DNA from: Chara braunii
Taxonomy: Eukaryota; Plantae; Charophyceae
Reading direction: 5' to 3'
Length of the DNA stretch: 64,000 nucleotides
Assembly: GCA_003427395.1 (NCBI GenBank)
Contig: BFEA01000004.1
Coordinates: forward strand, 2,709,322-2,773,321
Made by a program: the position numbers and the translations under genes. The notes beneath the pieces are model-generated. The model did not search any database. It was given only the letters and a program-made list of their open reading frames with translations, and had not been told where the DNA came from. This document shows, one piece after another, positions 9,001 to 21,831 of this stretch; position 1 is the stretch's first letter, and every line of letters begins with the position of its first letter.

Positions 9001-12000
9001 AGAAAACGGCGGCAGCTCGTCCCCGGTAGACGCTGGGTGAGATGGTGAGAACGCAGAAGGAAAAGAATGCCTTAAGCTCCGGTTTGGACCCCGACTTTCC
9101 CCGACAGCAACCTACTGTTATCATGACTGTACACCGAACACAACCTACCCTTATCGTGACTGTATACAAGCCCTCTTAGGTACGTTGAGCTCATGATGAT
9201 GATGATAATGCCTTGTGTTCGGGAGTAAACGGTGGGGCTGTCGTAGCGAATTTTTCCTCCTTGTTGCCTCCGATACCTGATCTTGGTTCCTCCGTGTCGT
9301 CTCGATTGTTCAATGGTTGTCTTTTGCTGGTTTCGGATCCTTAGTTCGCCTTTTCGTAATGGGTGATCATTGTTCTTTCTCTTTATCGAGTGTTTTTGTT
9401 TTCGTTGAGACCGTCCTTTTAGGTCGGATGTTCAACGTGACCTACTCTTATCTCTTGTCTTGGCTGCTTGGTCTTATCCGCCGTTTCTTCTCTTTCTGCT
9501 CCGTGTAGGTGATACTCTTAGCGGGCTGCGTATGCTGTCCATTTCGCTCTACTGAAGAGACGCAGGTTATGCCTAGGTGTCTTATGCCAGCCGTACTTTT
9601 ATCGATATTTGTTTACCGAAGAGCGTTGTGCAAGGGGGGGGGGGGGGGGGGGGGGGGGGGGGAAGTAGGGGAGTGGGCTTCATTAGGTCGTAGAGCTATC
9701 ACTGTATCATATGCTGACCGCTCCCTGGCAGCTCCCTCTCTCTTCATTCGCCAACTATGCTGGTGGGCTCCGCTCCGTCTGTCATTTTCCACCTTGTAGT
9801 CGAAGGTAGATCGATCGGTGGACATGGGAACAAAATAAGTAATGTATAGTGTCCCAGGCTATTTGAAAAATAGCTATCTCCGTGCCTACGGCTCACCGGG
9901 TAGATCTCTTTAACTATATGCGTGTAGTATGTACTTACGATATATGTATATCTACTTATCCTGATGACTCGATGAAACTCCGACGAAATTGTCCGTCACA
10001 GCCCCTCGTTTGTTGTCCTCTTTTCTCCCTCTCTGCCTATGGCTCACGGGGCAGTTCTATATATATCGTATATGCTTGTATCTAGTTTCCTTCCATGCAT
10101 TGTATCAGGTGTTGTTGCCGATTCCGATAGAGGCTGTTGTGGACAGGATTGGTGATTGGGTTACTACTGTCCGTTCCTCCCTGGCTCACCTAATAACCCT
10201 TGTCCTCTGCAAGTACTCAGGAGTAATGTTAAATTGCACGTGCAAGGTGTTGAGGGACGTTCGAAAGACGGGCTTCACAGTTGTAGTTGGTTATAGTCTG
10301 TGTAATATGCATACGTAATCACAGTGGTGCGATTTTGTTTTGTGTCGTTTGTCTGTCCTGTACGCTACGGTGGTAAGATGTTTTATTTGTGATTGTGTAC
10401 CGTTGGGTGGGACATGACGGTCCCCCTTTTTGTCCGAAATTTTACGGCTCTCAGAGCTTCCTTCCTGCGCTTGTGTCAAGCGCTTAGGCCGAGCGATTGT
10501 GGCCTAGGCTACCAGGCCACCTGCACGGCCGTGCAAGGCCCTGGAAACCGCCTGGCCAGTCGCCTGCACTGGTACCCCCCGGGCATGTAGAAACTATGGA
10601 AATTTGGCTTCCACCCCCTCCTCTCTTTTCCGGTTGGGCTCTTCTGCGCCCACCGAAAGTAGCCCAAAACTGGGCTCTTTTCTCTTTTCCAGTGTTGCCC
10701 GTTGAGGGGGAAAGGAAGGGTGGTATATTTGGGGCTCGAAGGGTCTACAGGGTTGTAAAGTGGGGTGCATTAGTTTGATTTTTAATCTTTGTTATGATGT
10801 TCGATTCTGTAAGGAGTCCTGGGGTCCCTCTGTCCAAAGTTGTTCGCTGTGCATTTCTGCACAAAGTGTTTGTCCATAATTTTTCAATTAGAAAAAATAT
10901 ATATATATATTTTTATGTGCTTAGGACGCTCAGGGGTTCTGCTTGGCCGGGTGACTGGGCGTGTGTCTGAGCACAAAATTTGTGCCCGGTTCCGGTTCCA
11001 GAAGAAACAGCCTAGATTCTTGCGTGCATGCTTCTTCTTTCTCTTCTTCACGGAGGTCATGCCCACAGGCCATGCAATCCGTCGTAGGAGGTACTTGACT
11101 TCGGTTTCCACTGTATTTGTCTTGATTGTCTTAAACCGCTAGTACACGGCCCCGGCTTTGCTGAAAAGAAGCTCGTTGCCTATGCAGGTGCGTCGTCGAT
11201 ACATTGGCAAAGAATGTTCCAAGATAAGCTCAAGAAAATTGAATCTCGGAACATGCGATGATGCCAACAGCAGTGGCCGTCCTTGATGTATGTTTCTTGC
11301 CAGCAGTACACCGCCATTCGCACGCATGCATGCATGCACCCCAGACGAGAACGCACATAAAATATTATAAAACCTGACACAGCACAGACCGAGTATGCAC
11401 CACATGGCACCCCTTTGTTGATGATTAAGGTGGGGATTTTGGGAACGCACCACATGGCACCTCTGTGTTGCTCAGCAAGGTGGTGGGTTTGGCCATGTAA
11501 AGATACATTGGCCATATAAAGATACAAGTTCATATAACCGGAAAACGGCTACCTCAGGAAAGGTGCCTTAAGCTTTTTGAAAGAAAGAGAAAGAGCTGTA
11601 CATCATAAGCGTGCCTGACTGTCTCTAATTCTGGAAGGGGAAAAACACTAGTAAGTAAATACAGTAAATAAATACAGTAAATAAATTCTGGAAGAGCAAT
11701 AGCCAAGGTCACTCCCAGGTATGATGTGTACAGTCTGCTGCAGTCCTGGGTATCAAATGAAACTGAGGTGGGGGGTACATAAATGACAAAAACTCAGACC
11801 TCAAATGTGCACACCATGGACAGAGCAAGCTACAGCCCAATGCTATATCATTGCCAAATGCGTGTACTTGTGGTCTCTCTCCAGCAGTGGGGGAGTATGG
11901 AGAGGCAGCAGAATAATTCTGCAGACGCCCTGGGACCACACATCCTCGGTAAAGCACGAGTACATCCAGCTATCGGCAGTGGGGCATGCTTTTGGATAGG

Positions 12001-12621
12001 CTGGCTTGTGTGTTTGTAGGTTGTTTTGTAGTAGGGCGAATCTGTAAACGATGTCTTGTTTTGAAAATGCAGAACTGAGAGAGCTTTCAGGCTGTATGTG
12101 TTCTTGTGTCCGTTGGCCTCTTGTGTGTCTATTTTTTTCCGCTTGTACAATCCTGTGAGTGAGAAATGATTAATAATTGGGGAGCATTTTCTATATTAGC
12201 TGTCAAGAACAAATGTTATGTTCCTTCGATTCTGTTCTAACTTCTAATGGTATACTCACACTTATATATTTTTTTTGTTTTTCTTCCCAATGTGAAATGT
12301 ATACTATCCTAATGTCGTCCGGTGTCACTGAAGGTAGTCCTGAAATGGGTATGCCTTAGGTTTGTGTTCTCCATAACAGAGAGAAAGAAAGAGCACCAGT
12401 ACGGGTCCCCTTGTCACACAAGTTGTGGTTGTGTACAAAAGGGGGCATTCGCGAGGTCCCGAACTTGTGATGTACGGGACCGCAAGATGCCTGACTCTAT
12501 TTTTTTTGGTGCAATGAAAAATGGGATTTGCAATTTAAGTGTGCGTTCTCTTGATCTATCCGTTTCTGGTCTGTCGTCGAGTGTACTATTGTAGTCGGCT
12601 TTCATGCTGCATTCAAAGTAG

Positions 12622-12783
12622 TTAAACCACCAGTACCTCAGAGTGTTCCCCGTAAACGGGCGTGACTTTTGGGATGAAAGGGCCTGGGCCGGTAGGCCGA
12701 TTTCAGCCAAGTGGAAACAGTGCGATCGCCACTTTTGGCTGGCCATTAACGCGGAGCACTTTTAGGAGGTACTCGTGGTTTAA
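12622..12783. mobile_element. TTAA-bounded MITE with ~40-bp imperfect TIRs
   Basis: TTAAACCACCAGTACCTCAGAGTGTTCCCCGTAAACGG vs CCATTAACGCGGAGCACTTTTAGGAGGTACTCGTGGTTTAA. Confidence 0.7.
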
Positions 12784-13281
12784 TTTGGTTGTGAAATTGT
12801 CAGGGTATTCTCTCCTCTCCACTTGGGGCTCTGAGCGTCAACCCAATGGCAAGCATGAATTTCAGCTGTTCAGTTGGAAATTGCTCTGCTGAATAATGTC
12901 TCCAAATGATTATTCTTTCTTCAGTTGTCTGCAGTAGAAAACTGATTTTCTCCTCTTGTGGTGAGTTGTTTTGTTGCACACCTGTTTTCTTGTGTTCTCT
13001 GTTGGCTCTTTGGCTGGCTGCATGTCACAATTGGCTGTGTGCGTGTGTACTTTCTGAAACCATCTCATGTTATGGTGTGTGCAAGGGAATTCCTTTTGGC
13101 TTCTTGGCTGTGTATATGATCCCTCCCTTGCATGTGCGTTTGGAGGAGCTGTGTTTATTCCACACTGTGCGTGGGGTCGAGCTGGTCTTCGCCTGACTTT
13201 GCTTTTCTGGTCTGCAAGCCTTGTAATGATCTTGTGTACGACTATTAACATTGACGTGCTGCTCTACGTGTTAACAAGTTG

Positions 13282-13461
13282 TTAATCCACCAGTACTTGC
13301 CTCAGCTGTAGGCTGCGGAAAAAAGAAGAGTAGAAACGTTTCTAGTTGGATGAATTTGGGCCCTCCTGTAGTGGCCCGTATGTTTCCTAAAATCATGCCG
13401 TATGTTTCCTAAAATCATGGCGCGTTAACGGGGATGACCTGAGGAAGTACTTGTGGTTCAA
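13282..13461. mobile_element. Second member of the TTAA-bounded MITE family
   Basis: TTAATCCACCAGTACTTGCCTCAG ... CTGAGGAAGTACTTGTGGTTCAA; internal ~21-bp duplication CCGTATGTTTCCTAAAATCATG. Confidence 0.6.
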
Positions 13462-13757
13462 CATGGCTCTTCTCATATTACGTAGAAAATGTCCTTACTG
13501 AACTGCCCGCGCTTAGGCAACTCTGAGTCATTCGGCATATTTGATACCAGCGGTATTCGAACTCTGCATCATCAATAGTTGTGCTGGGTAGACGATTTGC
13601 GGATCAGTGGTAATTGATTTCCCACGATACAGGGACTTGTCGTTGAAACCGGCTCAGACATGGATCTTGAGCTGAACCTTCTTTTGGTTAGCCTATTACG
13701 TGCAACCTTTTTGTTGATTGTTTTGGAATGAACCTCCCTGTCTACCCCCTCCCCCCC

Positions 13758-13801
<44 letters not shown>

Positions 13802-14560
13802 CAGACATGTGCACATTTCGATATTGTGGCACTCAGTCTAGTCCGCATGCACATGTATCGTCATGTGTGGTGTGATGTCCGTTGGCTTCTGTGCTTGCAA
13901 CTTTGGAGGCTTTCATGCAGGACTGTGTATCTGTTAGTGGATCGAGCTCCTAGGTGTGGAACATGTGGATTGTGTGGCATACTTGAACCATCTGCCAAGT
14001 GTCCGGTAGATCTGGTTCAGGCTTTGTGGTCCTTGTGAACTCCCTGAAAGCGTTGTAGGTGCTTCACCCATTTCGTGGGATTGTGATGGGAGTGTGGGGT
14101 GATGATTACGATGTGATGAAACAGCTGGCACTGGCACATGAACATCCATCGTCGAGTTTTCCGTCTCAATATTCTGATATTGACTGGCTTCCAATCCGTC
14201 TTGCCAGATTTGTCAGGACAGAACTGGCAGATTTCATTGTTTGGTTTTCATTTCCTCTCTGTTTCTTTTAATGGCGCGGTGTTCTGGAAGACGGATAGAA
14301 GGCTCGGTTGTTTTTGAAGAGCCATACAGTGCCGCATAGTCATTGGGCATGTGGAAGCTGTCATGGCCTGAAATTCTTGTGCAGGTTGCACCTGGGAAAA
14401 GCGAATCTTGCTGAGCCGTCTTCCTCTATGTGCTGTGGGGGCAGTTTAGAAAAATGAAACTTCCTTCTCAAACACCGATTCCGATACACCGATCTTTTGG
14501 GTGTTGTCTGGAGGATGAGTGCCGCAGTCGGTCGGCTGTGCAGACCAGAGGACACTCAGA

Positions 14561-14883
14561 CACGTGAAAGCTGTGTACCCTAACAATGGGGAATGGACGG
14601 AATTAAATGCCGTTGTACCCGTTGAATAGCCCCTGGAGCCCCTGTTGAATCCCGTTTAATGGGAAAACAGGGGACTCCCGTTGAATCTGGAAAAACGGAC
14701 TGGGGGCGTTGGGCCTCGGACACATGTTCAAATGCGCTCAAGCACTAGGACTACAAAAAAAAAACTAAAAAAAACGCCATACCAGTCCTCAAAACCTACC
14801 TGGAAGCCGTTCAAACAACTACAAACCCCGAATCCTTCTTCCCCTGCTCGCCCCATCCTGCCGCCCGCCCCATCTTTGTGTGT

Positions 14884-14922
<39 letters not shown>

Positions 14923-15364
14923 GTGTGACTGTGTGTGTGTGTGTGTGTGTTTTTCCTATTTCCTGAGTTGTTTTTTACGTCTTTGATTTTTATTTTTTAA
15001 ATACATGAAAATGAGTGAATGAAATAGGAATCAAATGGTGGTGTACATCTTTGAAAGATCTACAACCCTATATTTTTTATTTGTTTTTCTGCTTTTTATT
15101 TAGCCCTGAAACAATCTCTATGAAACCAAAAGGAAAAAAACACTCGTTCGAGTCATTTCATCTTTTGCTGTTTTGTTTTTTCAGTTCTATATTTTTTTTT
15201 TTTAATACAGTCAGAGCTCAAAAAAAAAAAAAAAAAAAAGGGGTTGTAGNCCTCGAAAAAATCTACAACACCATATTTTTTATTTTATTTTTTGATTAGT
15301 TTTAGTTCATGAAAAAGACATTCGCGGACCCCGTTGTAACCTGTCTAACGGGCTGTTCAACGTG
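14561..15364. mobile_element. Non-autonomous TIR element with CCCGTT subterminal repeats and internal (GT)n
   Basis: Imperfect ends CACGTGAAAGC / GCTGTTCAACGTG; CCCGTTGAA motifs; AT-rich core with palindromic GTTGTAG..N..CTACAAC motif. Confidence 0.5.
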
Positions 15365-16239
15365 AATCAATGCAGAACCCTCGTGGAATCAATTTTCGGA
15401 CACAGTGTGAAAGTGTATACTTTCGAACGCGTCTGATTTGTTGTTGAGTTGATGAAGTCGGAAGCACAACAAAAAGTTTGGACTTTCTCACTGGAGAAAT
15501 TTCTTGAAACAAAAACGTCGAGAACGTATGGCATTGTTTCAATGAAGGAGGCTCGTTGCATCTGTTGACTCGAGTGTGTGCCGGGAAGAAGTTGGTGAGT
15601 GCAAATCTTTGTCTAGGTATCTTATATGGTCTCGAGGCAGACGAGCCTGATAAAAATTATCTTGGTTTCTTGTCCAGACCCTGCCACTCCTAGACGGAGT
15701 GCAGTGCCCAAGCGTGACCCTCCGACAACGTCTGGTCATTATAGTTGTTGTGGTATCTTGAAAAAGAAGTAAAAAAAAAATTGTAGTTGTAGTCGATGTG
15801 ACTGGCAGGCCTGACGGAATGCAGTGCGAAAGCTGGGCCCTCCGACAATGTTTGGTCATTATAGCTGTAGTCAATGTGACTGTCAAGCCGGGTACAAATA
15901 TGGGTGCCACATGTGTTCGGGGAATGGAGTAATCCCCCCCCAGAGAATTGTGTGTGGCGATTGCCTTTACAGTGGGCCAAGGGAACACTGCTGGAGACTG
16001 CAATCAGTTGGCCTGGGAAATGGTGAATGATAGGTGAGGGGTTTGCTGTCCCTAAGTTGGGAATGTGTAGTAAACATGCTTGTCACGACTTGAGCACAGA
16101 GTGAAGGTGGATAAGTAGCATTTGAGATGTGGGAGTTTTCATTGGGAAATCGAAACATGTCTGCTTTACTTCCTGTTCTTGGTCCGGTGGTCAACTCCCG
16201 TGGTTTTGTAAGCTCCTTATCTAACCAGTTTTGGAGAGT

Positions 16240-16835
16240 AGGGAAAACACTTAGTGTATAGCCGAGGAACATAGGGCAAACACTTCGTTTATGCTAGCTG
16301 AGGAACAGAGGAAAACACTGTTGCTGAGGAACATAGGGAAAACACTTAGTTTATTCTAGCTGAGGAACAGAGGAAATCACTTAGTAGCCGAGGAACATAG
16401 GGAAAACACTTAGTTTATACTAGCTGAACACTTAGTTTATACTAGCTGAGGAACAGAGGAAAGTACTTAGGAAAACAGGTAGTTTATAGCTACTTAAAGA
16501 AAACACGTAGTTTATAACTACTTAGTTTATAGCTGAGGAACAGAGGAAAACACTTAGTTTGTAGCTCAGGAACAGAGGACCAGTTTTTTAGATTAGGGAA
16601 TTCACACTTAGTTTATAGCCGAGGAGGAACACAGGGCAAATGAAACAGAGGACCACTCGTGGAGATTAGGGAAAACACTTAGTTTATAGCCGAGGAACAG
16701 TGCAAACGATAGTTCATAGCTGAGGAACAGGGCAAACGATCCTTGGGGGAGTTAGTTTATAGCCAAGGGACAAGGCAAAAGATCCTTGAGAGAGTTAGTT
16801 TATAGCCGAGGAACAGGGCAAACGATCCTTGAGAG
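16240..16835. repeat. Degenerate ~33-37-bp minisatellite
   Basis: Recurrent GGAAAACACTTAGTTTATAGC(C/T)GAGGAACA with indels. Confidence 0.88.
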
Positions 16836-17652
16836 AGTAGGTAGACAGATGAGTGGTTCCTGAATAGGCCAGAGACAAAGTGACATGTAAGTACCCGCCC
16901 GCACTCGCACAGGCGAACATCTTGAGATGCCTTCTACTGTATAGGTCGGATAGCCTGCCTGTTCCGGGTCATCAGACCTTAGACCAGAGGAATCTGTCCA
17001 ATGTGGTACTTCAAGAGCTCGAGAAAAACTTGTCATGTGACTGAAGAGTGGTGCCAATATAGGGTCGTCGATATAGAGGGCAACCAACGTAGGTTGTGAA
17101 AGAAAAGGTGCGGTGCGAAGATTTGGGAGCGATCAGAGAGCAACCTTATGGAGAACATTGCGATCAGGTCATTCCTACTTCCCCGTGGTGAAGATGGCAG
17201 TGCTCGTGCATATGGTATGTGCTGTCAATAGGTGGACTTCTGGTAGTACACAGAAGGTGAAGGCAGTCTTTGGTAGTGTGCTCGTGCATATGGTATGTGC
17301 TGTTAAAGGGTCGCAAGGTGGACTGGGATTTGTCTAAACACTAGACAAATCCAACGGGTTGACGGTCTTGCAGTGAACACAACACCCTGTCTGGATGACC
17401 GAATCGGGAGCGGGAAGCTCGTAAGAGGGTGGTCTTTGGGAGATGACCGTGACCGTATTGACTTTACAGTCGCTGTACACGGGGTGTGAAGGCAGGGATG
17501 GCATTTTACCTGCCAGGGGATATCAAGGCACACTATGTCATTGATGATTTTTGAATATTCTGTGTTACAGAAATTTTGGGAAGTGATCGGTGATGTAGTG
17601 TAGGATCGGCTGTGTCAGAGAAAAATGTCAGAAGGAATTAACAGTTGCCCGC

Positions 17653-17758
17653 GAGGTTTTGCTTTCGGTTGTGACCTGGTCAGGCGGAACCTTCAGGCGT
17701 GGAAGGTTTCGCTTTCGGTTGTGACCTGGTCAGGCGGAACCTTCAAGCGTGGAAGGTT
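17653..17758. repeat. ~50-bp tandem duplication
   Basis: GCTTTCGGTTGTGACCTGGTCAGGCGGAACCTTCA.GCGTGGAAGGTT occurs twice. Confidence 0.9.
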
Positions 17759-18267
17759 GGGGTTGGTGTGAAGTCAGGTTCGACACATCAGTCTCTGCTA
17801 GACTGATGGGTTTCCAGCAAGGCACCTAGAGGTTGTTGGTTGACAACACTCGCACAAAGCAGGCAATCTGATATTCACACTCTTTTCTTTTCCTCTTTTT
17901 TTTTTTTTTTTTTTTTTCTCTCTCTTTCATTTCCCCCTTTTCATTTTGAAGTGTGTTGTAATAGGTAACAGGATGCGAGGTAGTGTATGAGAATTAAGGG
18001 TGATATGTGAAGTGAGGTCCTGGCCTTTGTCTGCGCTATAAACTCTTCACAGCACACTGGTAGATACATGGGCTCCTTTCTTTTTTTTTCCCTAAATACA
18101 GGAGCTCCTTTCGCCAGTGGCCGTTAGCAAGGAGCACAGTACACTGGTTGAAGTGGGTGCACACTCGGGCACGAGTTTACATATGTCTGCTGGCTTCTCA
18201 CAAATGCACCATATGTGCAGTATCAATGTGTATGAATTTACTGATATCTCTGGTTGACGATATATGT

Positions 18268-18431
18268 AAACAGTTTGTCGCAGCCCCTTGTTTGTTGTCC
18301 TCTTCTCCGTCTCTGTCTATGGTTTACTTGGCAGCTATGTTTGACGATACGTAGTGAAATAGAGCTACCTTGTAAACCGTAGGCAGAGAAAAAGAAGATG
18401 ATAACAAACGAGGGGATGTCACAGACTGTTT
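18268..18431. repeat. Imperfect ~70-bp-stem hairpin; arm sequence recurs at 9960-10060 and 18515-18560
   Basis: AAACAGTTTGTCGCAGCCCCTTGTTTGTTGTC...CTATGGTTTAC vs GTAAACCGTAG...ATAACAAACGAGGGGATGTCACAGACTGTTT. Confidence 0.8.
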
Positions 18432-20689
18432 CATCGGAGTTTCACAGTCCCATCAGGAGGCTCGTCAAGTGGAACTGCCTCGTAAAGTGGAACGGAAGAA
18501 GAAAATGAATTCAGGGCTGCGACCGATTGTGTCATCGGAGTTCACCAACTCACATCAGGAGGTTGAACCGTCTACACCTAAAGGGACAACCCACCTTTTC
18601 TGTGTTTTCTCTTTTGCTGGTGCTCACAGAGCCTGCCCCTTGCTACCTCGACATTCTTTCCTTAGTGGGCGGGTCTTGCTGCTTCCCTGTCTATGGGAGC
18701 ACTCTTTGCTCACCTTTAATCGGACAGTAGTTGTCACCTCAAGAGGTTAGAGGGACGCTGCTTTAAAACGTGAATGGTCCTCCTCTTCTGAGGACTCAAT
18801 GAAACGTTTGAAGGGGGAGAGAGAGGACGATCGAAGGGGGAAGAGACACCAATGCTGTTTTGGTCGAGCTGAGAGAGAGAGAGGAAGAGGAGCGCCAACG
18901 TCCTGGGAGTGAGCGGGGGGGGGGAGAGAGAGAGAGCGAGAGAGAGCCTGGAAGGGTTGGCTTTATTTGAGGGGGAGGGAATGAGAGGGGTTACAGGTGG
19001 GGATAGGGGTCTGGTCTTTCGGGGGAGGTTAGTGCCGGTTTGGCAAGCATACGCGATTTACAGGAGGTCTGAAATAGCGAAGCAAGGGGGTGGAAGAGTG
19101 AGTAAACAAGAAGGAACAAGGAGCAACGGTCGTCGATTTTGAAATACTGTATTTTCAAAATATATCACGGAAGATTAGATTGACTAGGTGGGGGGAAGGG
19201 TAATAGGGAACCTTTTCATGTGCTGCAATTTGTGCAACCTTTATTTCTAGGGAAGCCATTGGCGACGGGCAAAGCATTTCATGATCAAGGGTTGGTGCAA
19301 GAAAGTTAGAGGATGTTTAGCTTGTGTCTCGAACAACAAAGTAGAAATTTGACGAAGCGAGGGAGGAGCGATTTGGAGTTTATGGAACTGTGACATATTC
19401 CTAACCAGCGGGAGGCAAGTCCTGCGACAGGATTGGACGAGGTTCAAGACTTGTTGGACAAGTTGGAGGTGTGGGAGTGAAGCAGGAGGGTGAGTGTGGG
19501 GACGGGATTTGCAAGGATAGGAGTATGGATGGGAGGCAAGTGCAGCTTGGCTGGGTGGGAGATACCAGAGCTATAGTGTAAAGGTGTTGGACACATATGC
19601 GCCATGTGGAGATTTAGATGACGAGAACATAGGTGGAGGGTCAGGAGAACATTGCATGAACAATGATAGCTGCCACTGTCGAGCGCATAGGCTCCCGTCT
19701 TTTTTGCAAAGCGTAAGAGCCCCTCCGAGCTACTTACCCACATGCAAAAACTTTTATATGCAATTGAAGAGGTAGGCCAGCAGAGGATCAAACTTTGCGA
19801 TATACGTACGCTCGGTTAAACGCTGAAGTGAACCGAACGCTGTGCATTCCCTAGGGCGTTGATCTCTTAGGTACGAAACGAACGTCGATCTATTGAGATG
19901 GTCTCAACCAAACGTAGAATCCACAAAATAAGCATAGTCGCGTCACAACTCTCTGAAAACTAAACAGATAAAATCAATACACCTTATATCAAATCACGCA
20001 AGTTTAGTCCAGGCCTGGTCGGGAAGAACACCAAACCGAAGACGACGCATGCTGATCGATTTGTCAGTTGATGAAATGATCTGCCAAGTTATTTTTCCCA
20101 GCCTATATAAGTGAAGAGGTTTTTATTTTGCCATTTTCGAGGCGTAAACTCTCTATTGACGAAACAATTTAATGAAAGGACAACCTTGTACTTTAATGTA
20201 CGGGTGGGTCCATCAACAAACCTGCTAAACCTTGTCATGAATGACTTCTGTATGTAAATTTCACTGCTACCATGCAGATCAACAAGTGTTGAGTTCCTGA
20301 TCGAAGTTTGAACTCTGGAATTGACAACACCTCCACAACATATGCAGTTGCTTAGAGGAAAATTTCAGTGTACGAATAAAAACTTTGTTGGTTGCTTTGT
20401 CCTCTAGGCAATAATTACTAGTTTTGTTCCTTGAAAGATGAAGTATTCACCTTCATCATCATAATACTCTAAACAAAATCGGAGTTGTTAGCAGTGTAAA
20501 AAAAAAAAAGTTACGTTCATTATGTACTCCTTGCGAGGTGAAACATCTTATGTCTCCATCTTTGTATTCTAACTGTCGCACCTAAGGTGGCCATCCACAA
20601 GAGCACTAAATCAACCTTCGCATCGTTCAGGATTCGGCGAGTGTCGGCCGACTTTGTGTCGTCACGCTGTACTCAGGCTGTTTTAGGTG

Positions 20690-21360
20690 ACCATAAAACC
20701 GAAAGGCTGTGACACATGATTTTGTTGGCTTTTGTAATAAATAAATTAATTAAATAAAGCAAATTCATTTTTGTTGTGTGCGTTTCGCTTGGAGCGAGAC
20801 CGTTTCATTGCTGCCTTCGCCGATCCTTGGTTTTGAGAATCTCTTATTTTATTTTTGTCAATTTACTAATTTTGAGAATTGCGACAACATCAGAGAACAT
20901 AATCATCAAACAATGTCCAAGCAAGGAATCATGACTGACTAACTCAAGTCAAAAGGTAAGATGAATAAGGGAAAAAACTCATAATAATCTCAGAAAGTAC
21001 AAATGAAAGGGCATGACCAACACTCGTTAGGAGTCCTCACTCATCCCTCAAGGTCACATACTCAACCTCTGATTTGGCTGTGCGTTTCCTGTGTCTTTAA
21101 CCATGTTTGTGTACTTCTTGAGATTGTGGCCTTTGAATATAGACCCACTTGCTTACAAGCTCTGAATCCTTTTACCCGAGGCCCATGATACGGAAGTCAA
21201 CCATAGCACAAAACTCCTTCCATAAAGTACGAAGATATGGCTGGGAGAAAATCCCACGCCCGAGATGTCGGAACTTGGATGGCTCATTCACTGCCTCGTA
21301 GTAATCTTCGCTGAAGAAATATACCTCTTAGCTAAATTAACCAGACTGCTCCAACAAGAT
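20690..21360 (-). repeat. Dispersed ~700-bp repeat with decayed ORF, copy A
   Basis: Minus strand translates EPSKFRHLGRGIFSQPYLRTLWKEFCAMVDFRIMGLG; the downstream tail also aligns with copies B and C. Confidence 0.8.
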
Positions 21361-21542
21361 CCGCCTATGAGAGGAAAGGTGACTGGAGGCCTAGGGTAGT
21401 CCGTGTAAAGCTTGGGTCCAAAGCTACGAATCTACTTGGTACCACTCTTGTTAAACTCTCTCTCTTTCTCCTCAAAGTATGAGGTAGTCGATATCTTGAT
21501 CGAGGTAAAACGTTCATGAGTAGAGTTAGTGAGCCGTGTAAT

Positions 21543-21575
21543 GGAGTGGTCATTTTATTATTAATGATTGTAACT
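21543..21575 (+). pseudogene. cob: Mitochondrial cob micro-fragment
   Basis: Translates GVVILLLMIVT, matching plant mt cytochrome b (W)CLGVVILLLMIVTAF; only 33 bp, supported by proximity to rps19. Confidence 0.65.
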
Positions 21576-21611
21576 TAGCACACTGAATAGTAAAATGCCA
21601 AATAGAACTGA
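21573..21611 (-). pseudogene. Possible mitochondrial atp4 (orf25) N-terminal micro-fragment
   Basis: Translates SVLFGILLFSVLS, resembling the atp4 N-terminus (xFAILIFSVLSSK); very short. Confidence 0.4.
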
Positions 21612-21729
21612 GCTACTAGAGACCTTTCTATTGTCGTATTTTTTTGATAGTCTTTTGAAAATCTATCATATTTTGTTGAAAAACATCTTGTCTTTTTACT
21701 TGAGTAGTCTTATGCATGGTAAGTACTAT

Positions 21730-21831
21730 AGGCAAAATACAAGATCTACGTGACCAAATTTTCCAACTCTGGCGAGCCACACGCGAATGCTTTTTCAACA
21801 GACAAGCATCTACAAATGGACCTTTCCATAA
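21730..21831 (-). pseudogene. rps19: Mitochondrial rps19 fragment (NUMT piece)
   Basis: Translates LWKGPFVDACLLKKHSRVARQSWKIWSRRSCILP, the N-terminal signature of early-land-plant mitochondrial S19; similarity stops abruptly at both ends. Confidence 0.88.

Noticed and set aside
9955-10005. Hammerhead-ribozyme-like CTGATGA...CGAAA...GTC
   Set aside because: Stems I and II do not pair convincingly, and the homologous copies at ~18415-18560 lose the CUGAUGA core
15215-15290. ~70-bp block identical to 51582-51655 as evidence of recent gene conversion
   Set aside because: Both copies follow long A runs and touch N bases, so a collapsed-repeat or gap-fill artefact is as likely
16240-16835. CRISPR-like or hammerhead array
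   Set aside because: Units are degenerate tandem repeats without unique spacers, there are no cas genes, and the CTGAGGA..GAAA motif lacks stem II
17503-17525. U1-like TTACCTGCCAGGGGA
   Set aside because: Short, resembles metazoan rather than plant U1, and no further U1 structure follows
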